A stretch of 64,000 nt of DNA, from positions 1 through 64,000 of the IMG/VR virus record IMGVR_UViG_3300027566_000006. One strand, given 5' to 3'. The translations under genes and the position numbers were made by a program. Positions 58,398 to 64,000 of this stretch are shown here, one piece after another (position 1 is the first letter of the stretch; each line of letters opens with the position of its first letter). Origin of the DNA: a virus. Under the pieces are notes generated by a model that saw nothing but the letters and a program-made list of their open reading frames with translations, was not told the origin of the DNA and made no database searches.

Positions 58398-60968
58398 ATG
58401 GAATTAACATTACCTGTACCTGTACCTGTACCTAATACCTTCCCCATACCTTTACAATTACCAAAACAAATAGAATTACCTACTTGGGACAAGTTAAAAT
58501 CAATTAAATCTATAAATCTTGAATCAATTAAATCATTAATAGAAATACAAACAGAACCACAAGTTTGTCTACAAATAATTCCTCATTTTAATGTTACCAA
58601 TGGCTTAAAAATAGAGAAAATATTAGATGGTATTCATTCACTTGATATTCCAATTCATCAACGCTTTAAATACCAGGACAATAAACTAATCTACACTACT
58701 AAACAAACATTCTCATATGCAATTCTACTTGAATCAACTAATATCTCTTTCTACTATACAATACCTCAATCAATCCAAGATTGGTTTATACAACGTGTAT
58801 ATTCAAACTGGACTAATCAAGTAACTATTATACCTGCTACTATCCCCTATTTATCTAAATTTAACAACACTAATCTTATTGAATGGCAATTAAAACCTAA
58901 ATACCCAACCTACAAATCTCTACGGGACGATTATCGTGATACCCCTATACCATCTATATTATCTTGTTCAAAAGATTTATCAGATACTACTAATGATCGT
59001 ATATTATTAGAATTTACTTTCTCTCCTATTCATGATTCATTTTGGAAAGAGAAAACCCTAGAGAATCAACAAAAATATAGAAAAGGTTTATTACCCGATA
59101 ATATTAGAACGGGTATAGGTTGGTCTTTTGGTGATTGGGTAATGAAATTTTTTGATGGTGTATTTGAATTTTCTAATATCCTATTTGAAGTTAAACCTAA
59201 AAAGAGATCCTATTATTATTCTCACTCAACCAATGAAATGCTTGAATCTTATAATCCTAAAACTAATGAGGTTAAATATAATATGAATAAAAATAGACTA
59301 GAATCATCTTCTCGCCAAAAGATTAATCATAATGGTTTTATTGGTAAGTTAAGAATCTTATCTCAATCTGAGGACAAGGTTAAGAGAGATATATTTGCTA
59401 AAACAATGCAAGTAGCACTAAGAGAATTACATGATGATAATGAGTTTGTGGTGAGTAAGAAGAAAGTATTGAATAATGAAAAAGACAAGCATAAGAATGG
59501 TAAGAATAATGATGATAATAATAATAATGATGGTAAGAATGAAATAAAACCAATGAAAGTTAATTTCTTATTTGATAACTTTGTATATTCATCAAAAGAA
59601 ATAGGTCAATTATTACAACTCCCTACTAAACAATGGCAGACAGAATATAAGATTGAGAAAGTTGATACACAAGAAATTAACCTACCGCCCGTACTTTTAA
59701 AAGGTGGTATACAACAAGGTACTGCTAAATATAAGGGACAAGTACAAACAGTATATTGGAATAATACTGATCGGGATGTTGCATGTTTACCTAAGTGCTG
59801 GTTTGGTATACAAGGATCAGGTAAAACTAAAGCACTAACTAGATATGGAGTTGAATCAGTTGAAAATGGTAGAGGTTTAATAGTATTGGATGGAATACAA
59901 GAATGTGAATTGTCAAATGAAATTAGAGATCACTTACCTGCTGATTTCCCCGAAGATAAAATTATAGAACTTAACTTCTCAGATTTAGAAAATGTAATAC
60001 CTTTATCTTGGAATGAAATTAATATTAATAAACTAACTAAAGAAACAGATAGATTAAAATTCTCTAATAATCTCTCCCAAGAATTAATTAAATTTCTTGA
60101 TTCTATGGTAGAAGATAATTCACAAAAGTTATCACCTAAGATGAAAAGATATTTAAGTAATGCTGGATTATTATCATTCTCAGTAAGCAATACTACTATA
60201 ATGGATGTTTTAATGTGTTTGATTGAATTCGATAAACGTCATGAACTAATAGATAAGAGTGGTTTGTCACAAGATAATCGTATTGTACAATCATTATTAG
60301 AATTGGATGATAAGAATGGAGATACTAAATTAAACTTAGTACAAGGTATTATTGATAGATTAGATTTATTGCTAGGTGATTATGTATTAAGTAATTTATT
60401 CTCTACTAAAGGTACTAATAAAATAGATTTTACAAAATGGATAACCGAGGGATGTGCGGTATTCTGTAAAATGCCACAATCAGAATTAAATGATGCTACT
60501 ATTAAAACTTTAACAACATTCCTTATAAGTAAGATATGGTTTGCTAAATTAATGTTAGGCAAAGATATTCACCATACGGTTGTAATTTGTGATGAAGTGC
60601 ATCGTACTTCGCTTAAATTTGAGAATATCAGAGAAATGAGAAAATATGGTTTAGAATATATATTTTCAGCACATCAACCTAGTGATTTTAAGCATATATT
60701 GAATACTCTTAAATCTGCTGGATGTTCATTTACTTTACTTACAACAACAAAAGATAATGTAAAACATTTTGAGTCAGAGATAAAACCTTATACTATTGAT
60801 GAGGTTTTAGATTTAAAGAAATATCATGGATTAAGTATATGTAATTATGATAAGGCATATATAGCATTTGAAATTACTTTGCCCGATATATATGGTAAAG
60901 ATAGATTTATTAATAGAAGTTATTTAAGTAATAAATGTGCCGAAAAATATGGAATTAAACAAGGATAA
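58398..60968 (+). CDS. VirB4/VirD4/FtsK-HerA-superfamily ATPase
   Basis: Walker A GIQGSGKT, Walker B VVICDEVH, MRKYG and AHQ motifs. Confidence 0.75.
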   Translation: MELTLPVPVPVPNTFPIPLQLPKQIELPTWDKLKSIKSINLESIKSLIEIQTEPQVCLQIIPHFNVTNGLKIEKILDGIHSLDIPIHQRFKYQDNKLIYTTKQTFSYAILLESTNISFYYTIPQSIQDWFIQRVYSNWTNQVTIIPATIPYLSKFNNTNLIEWQLKPKYPTYKSLRDDYRDTPIPSILSCSKDLSDTTNDRILLEFTFSPIHDSFWKEKTLENQQKYRKGLLPDNIRTGIGWSFGDWVMKFFDGVFEFSNILFEVKPKKRSYYYSHSTNEMLESYNPKTNEVKYNMNKNRLESSSRQKINHNGFIGKLRILSQSEDKVKRDIFAKTMQVALRELHDDNEFVVSKKKVLNNEKDKHKNGKNNDDNNNNDGKNEIKPMKVNFLFDNFVYSSKEIGQLLQLPTKQWQTEYKIEKVDTQEINLPPVLLKGGIQQGTAKYKGQVQTVYWNNTDRDVACLPKCWFGIQGSGKTKALTRYGVESVENGRGLIVLDGIQECELSNEIRDHLPADFPEDKIIELNFSDLENVIPLSWNEININKLTKETDRLKFSNNLSQELIKFLDSMVEDNSQKLSPKMKRYLSNAGLLSFSVSNTTIMDVLMCLIEFDKRHELIDKSGLSQDNRIVQSLLELDDKNGDTKLNLVQGIIDRLDLLLGDYVLSNLFSTKGTNKIDFTKWITEGCAVFCKMPQSELNDATIKTLTTFLISKIWFAKLMLGKDIHHTVVICDEVHRTSLKFENIREMRKYGLEYIFSAHQPSDFKHILNTLKSAGCSFTLLTTTKDNVKHFESEIKPYTIDEVLDLKKYHGLSICNYDKAYIAFEITLPDIYGKDRFINRSYLSNKCAEKYGIKQG

Positions 60969-61128
60969 TCTTTGATATTTTTAATTATGTCGATTTTATT
61001 TTATGAATATTTTTAAATATTTATTTTATAATTTTCTTGACTTCAATAATATTCTATAGTATTATTTAATTACACCAAGCATATACTAAATTATATTACT
61101 ACTATAAAGAATTGAAGGAGAGTTAAAT

Positions 61129-62019
61129 ATGAATACAAATACTACTAATAATACTATTGAGGTCAACTTTTTACCCTTATACACCCAACATCTAACCACT
61201 AATGGTAAATCAACCAATACAATAAAATCCTATACTCATGATATTGAATTATTCTTTAATCACTTTAACCTATCCCCTAGTATTGTGCAAAGAGATCAAG
61301 TAATTCGTTATAAAGATTATCTTTTGAATACTAAAAATAATGATGCTAAAACGGTTAATCGGATTCTAAGTGCTATTAAGAGTTATAATGAGTTTTTGGT
61401 ATTGGATGGGTTGCAGGAGAATTTGGTTGTACTGTCTCAAGACTATAGAAAGGTTCAAAAATCATCTTCTTCTCCGGTTAAAGTATCAACACCTGAAGTA
61501 TTTAAATTTCTTAATAAACTTAAAGATAATGAACCGTATAGAAATTATGCAATAGCAGTAGTGCTTGCTAATACTGGTTTAAGGATATCTGAAATATTAA
61601 ATATTAAATTGAATAAACTAGTTACTTTAAAAGATGATGAATTAACTATCATAGGTAAAGGAAATAAGCAAAGACTTATTATAGTTAATCCTAAAGCAAT
61701 TGGAGTTATTAAGGAGTATATTGCTAATCATAGGAGCAAATCAAAATATGCTAGTGAATCAGAATATTTATTTGTTAGCAATAAAGGTGAAAAACTTAAT
61801 ACTTTTACAATACAAAGAATATTTAATAAATATAGCAATAAAATTACACCACACCAATTACGTCATCGTTATGCATCAGATATATTAGAAAATAAAATAT
61901 GGGATGTTCGACAATTGCAGGATCAGTTAGGCCACGCACAATTAAATACAGTTATGATATATACCCATACAAGTAAAGAAAAGATGAAAGAGAATTTGAG
62001 TGGATTTAGTATTGGGTAA
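61129..62019 (+). CDS. Intact XerC/D-type tyrosine recombinase
   Basis: TGLRISE, GKGNKQR, HQLRH and LGHA...IYTH catalytic set; promoter TTGACT-17-TATTAT at 61037-61065. Confidence 0.92.
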   Translation: MNTNTTNNTIEVNFLPLYTQHLTTNGKSTNTIKSYTHDIELFFNHFNLSPSIVQRDQVIRYKDYLLNTKNNDAKTVNRILSAIKSYNEFLVLDGLQENLVVLSQDYRKVQKSSSSPVKVSTPEVFKFLNKLKDNEPYRNYAIAVVLANTGLRISEILNIKLNKLVTLKDDELTIIGKGNKQRLIIVNPKAIGVIKEYIANHRSKSKYASESEYLFVSNKGEKLNTFTIQRIFNKYSNKITPHQLRHRYASDILENKIWDVRQLQDQLGHAQLNTVMIYTHTSKEKMKENLSGFSIG

Positions 62020-62048
62020 ATTAATGCAAAAATATTTTAATACTACGC

Positions 62049-62077
62049 TTGACATATATTTATATTAGTATTATAAT
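62049..62077 (+). promoter_or_regulatory. Consensus sigmaA promoter
   Basis: TTGACA-17-TATAAT. Confidence 0.75.
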
Positions 62078-62188
62078 AATGTTAAGTATAGTATTATGAG
62101 GTGATAATTATAAAAACATAAGTAAAAATTCCATTAAAAGCATAATATAAATATTAGGAAATTTAATCAATTATGAAAGAAGGATTAT

Positions 62189-63028
62189 ATGACTAAAGGT
62201 ATCTACAAAATAGAAAATATATGGGATGGTAAGGTCTATATAGGCGAAAGTAATGATATTGAAACCAGATGGCAAGTACATAAAGAAGATTTAAATAATA
62301 ATAAACATCATTCATATAAACTTCAGCAAGCTTGGAATAAAGATGGTGAAATTAGTTTTGTATTTGAAATAATTCAAGAAGTTAATAATTCAAATCAATT
62401 TATGTTGCAATGTTTACTATTTATATATGAAGATTTTTATATTAAACAATATAATAGTATTAATAATGGGTATAACATTGAAGATACACTAAAATTAATT
62501 TTCAATGATAAAAAACCAATTATTGATGGGCAAATAGTAACATATAAAAATAAATCTATATTAAAACAATTAATAAAAAATATAGAAAAAAATAATGGTG
62601 TGTATATTCCATCTGTAAATGTCAAAAAAGAAATTACATTAACACAAAATGATATTATAAACATAGTAAATAAATATAGAGATTATGAGTTCAAACAGGA
62701 ATATGAAGAAATGAGTGAAGTATTTAAGGAAAATGGTTTAAATATTGGTAAGACATTTCGGTTATTAAGAGATATTAATATATTAGATATTCAAAATAAA
62801 TGTTTAATAAATGATGAAAATATGTTTAAATCTTATAAACACACAATAGTACATAAAGAAACAAATGAAATTACAAATGAATACTATATTACATATATAA
62901 CTAAGAAAGGTTTTAAATATCTCTTGCATAAAATTTTAACAGAATATAAAAATAATAATATTATGGTATTTACGCAACAATTTATTAAGGAAATTAAATC
63001 AAATAATAATAAAAAAATAATAGTATAA
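62189..63028 (+). CDS. GIY-YIG endonuclease with a C-terminal antirepressor(KilA-C)-like region
   Basis: GIYKI...VYIGES..R...H; C-terminal YITKKGFKYL. Confidence 0.8.
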   Translation: MTKGIYKIENIWDGKVYIGESNDIETRWQVHKEDLNNNKHHSYKLQQAWNKDGEISFVFEIIQEVNNSNQFMLQCLLFIYEDFYIKQYNSINNGYNIEDTLKLIFNDKKPIIDGQIVTYKNKSILKQLIKNIEKNNGVYIPSVNVKKEITLTQNDIINIVNKYRDYEFKQEYEEMSEVFKENGLNIGKTFRLLRDINILDIQNKCLINDENMFKSYKHTIVHKETNEITNEYYITYITKKGFKYLLHKILTEYKNNNIMVFTQQFIKEIKSNNNKKIIV

Positions 63029-63109
63029 TTAACAACAAGGAATAATTTTATTAGTTATTTTAATTTATTTAATATTATGTATATATTACTACACTTACAT
63101 CTTGGGGTA

Positions 63110-63198
63110 GTTTTGGTTCGTGATTTTACATATGTGTGTCACCGTTTTGGTTCGTGATTTTCAATAAACATATATTTTTGGAACCATATTGGTGACAC
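63110..63198. repeat. Iteron-like repeats (candidate replication origin/operator)
   Basis: GTTTTGGTTCGTGATTTT at 63110 and 63144; inverted GTGTCACC/GGTGACAC at 63136 and 63191; AT-rich tract upstream. Confidence 0.6.
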
Positions 63199-63239
63199 AC
63201 CAACTTTTAGGCATTTCAAAATAGAAAGGAATATAAACT

Positions 63240-63428
63240 ATGAATTATCGGGTAATACATAAGAAATATCTAGCAGAAGCATTATCATTTTTAGGATTTA
63301 ACTATTATAAATTTAATGAGTTTGACCAAAACAATAAGCAGATAATTAAATATTCATTTGTTGAAACTCCAGAATTTAATAGTGCGGTAAATGATTTATT
63401 AACATTAAAACAAAAATACAGTAATTAA
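63240..63428 (+). CDS. Small DUF5659-like protein
   Basis: LAEALSFLGF...YSFVETPEF pattern. Confidence 0.45.
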   Translation: MNYRVIHKKYLAEALSFLGFNYYKFNEFDQNNKQIIKYSFVETPEFNSAVNDLLTLKQKYSN

Positions 63429-63450
63429 GATAAGGAGATATTTGTATTTT

Positions 63451-64000
63451 ATGAATAACGATTTACAAGAAGGATTTATTAGAATACCTAATGAATGGCA
63501 TGATGATCGGAATATAACTAATGAAGAATTGTCTATACTCACATTGCTCTATCGCAATTATTTACACTATCAATCAATAAGTTTATGTAGTGTTGAAATA
63601 CTTTGTGATTATATGTATATTAATAGCAATACTAATAAACGTATTACAAAATCTTTTTTAGATTCGATATCATCTTTAAAGAATAAGAATTTTATAGTTG
63701 ATATGTATGATTTGCATTATAATAGTATTTCTGTTGATGATATATTGAATAAGAACTATGTTTTTTATGTTGAGTTACCCCTTCCCCCAGAGAGCGCATT
63801 TTTTATTGTTAAAAATATTGATATTGATAAAATATTTAATTATCTGAAAAATTCTAATCTGGGCAAATTCAATCTTATTAGATATTTTATTGCTTGTAGA
63901 CGAACATGTAGTAATGAAAGCAAACTTGGTTATTTGGCTCAAAATAAACTTAAAAAACTAGTCACCAATACTCAATCAATACAGAGGTATAATAAGATTC
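63451..64000 (+). CDS. Partial ORF, possible wHTH replication-initiator-like protein (runs off the window)
   Basis: MNNDLQEGFIRIPNEW...; AAGGAG RBS; follows the iteron-like repeats. Confidence 0.45.
   Translation, partial: MNNDLQEGFIRIPNEWHDDRNITNEELSILTLLYRNYLHYQSISLCSVEILCDYMYINSNTNKRITKSFLDSISSLKNKNFIVDMYDLHYNSISVDDILNKNYVFYVELPLPPESAFFIVKNIDIDKIFNYLKNSNLGKFNLIRYFIACRRTCSNESKLGYLAQNKLKKLVTNTQSIQRYNKI

Larger units (their letters stand above)
1..64000. mobile_element. Segment of a large SPbeta-like temperate phage or phage-plasmid of Firmicutes (early/accessory region, lysogeny module, partition/maintenance block)
   Basis: Dense co-oriented small ORFs with GGAGG RBSs, YopQ/YopR-like pair, HNH and GIY-YIG nucleases, orphan methyltransferases, ParM-like actin, tyrosine recombinase; no housekeeping genes. 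Confidence 0.85.

Noticed and set aside
58410-59545. CCTGTA tandem (PVPVPVP) and AAT/GAT runs in the ATPase gene
   Set aside because: In-frame low-complexity linkers with no sign of independent function
57829-60968. Complete conjugation system
   Set aside because: No relaxase, oriT or remaining T4SS genes visible
59930-62664. Minus-strand ORFs 59930, 60380, 62437 and alternate-frame ORFs 61370, 61700
   Set aside because: Fully nested in well-supported genes and without RBS
63110-63161. CRISPR array
   Set aside because: Only two 18-bp repeats with a 16-bp gap; no cas genes

Overview
Low-GC segment of a large temperate Firmicutes (probably Clostridia) phage or phage-plasmid with SPbeta-like organisation. 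No virion structural genes, rRNA, tRNA or CRISPR array are visible. From 1 to 54.9 kb almost everything is on the minus strand: about 100 small accessory/early ORFs driven by many sigmaA-type promoters. These are interrupted by an SPbeta-type lysogeny block (YopQ-like DGQHR protein, YopR/MrpR-like dead-integrase repressor, XRE HTH). Directly upstream of that block, where SPbeta carries arbitrium, sits an agr-type peptide cassette (agrB, an unannotated agrD, a kinase-less AgrC-like sensor, DUF5317) wrapped around an HTH-MazF fusion. From 55.6 kb the plus strand carries ParM/ParR-like partition genes, a VirB4/FtsK-like ATPase cluster, an intact tyrosine recombinase, a GIY-YIG nuclease and an iteron-like repeat before a Rep-like ORF. 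Three signals stand out. (1) About 45 copies of a quasi-palindrome (AYVAAW-N6-WTTBRT) sit at small-gene junctions; some have an accessory site at fixed spacing, and two paralogous genes are boxed in identical 228-bp units, suggesting an integron-like cassette system. (2) The agr/MazF module occupies the arbitrium position. (3) The heptamer ATAACAG is very strongly and strand-specifically enriched in the 41.7-49.7 kb early region. All counts are manual, and family assignments come from motif recognition, not database searches.
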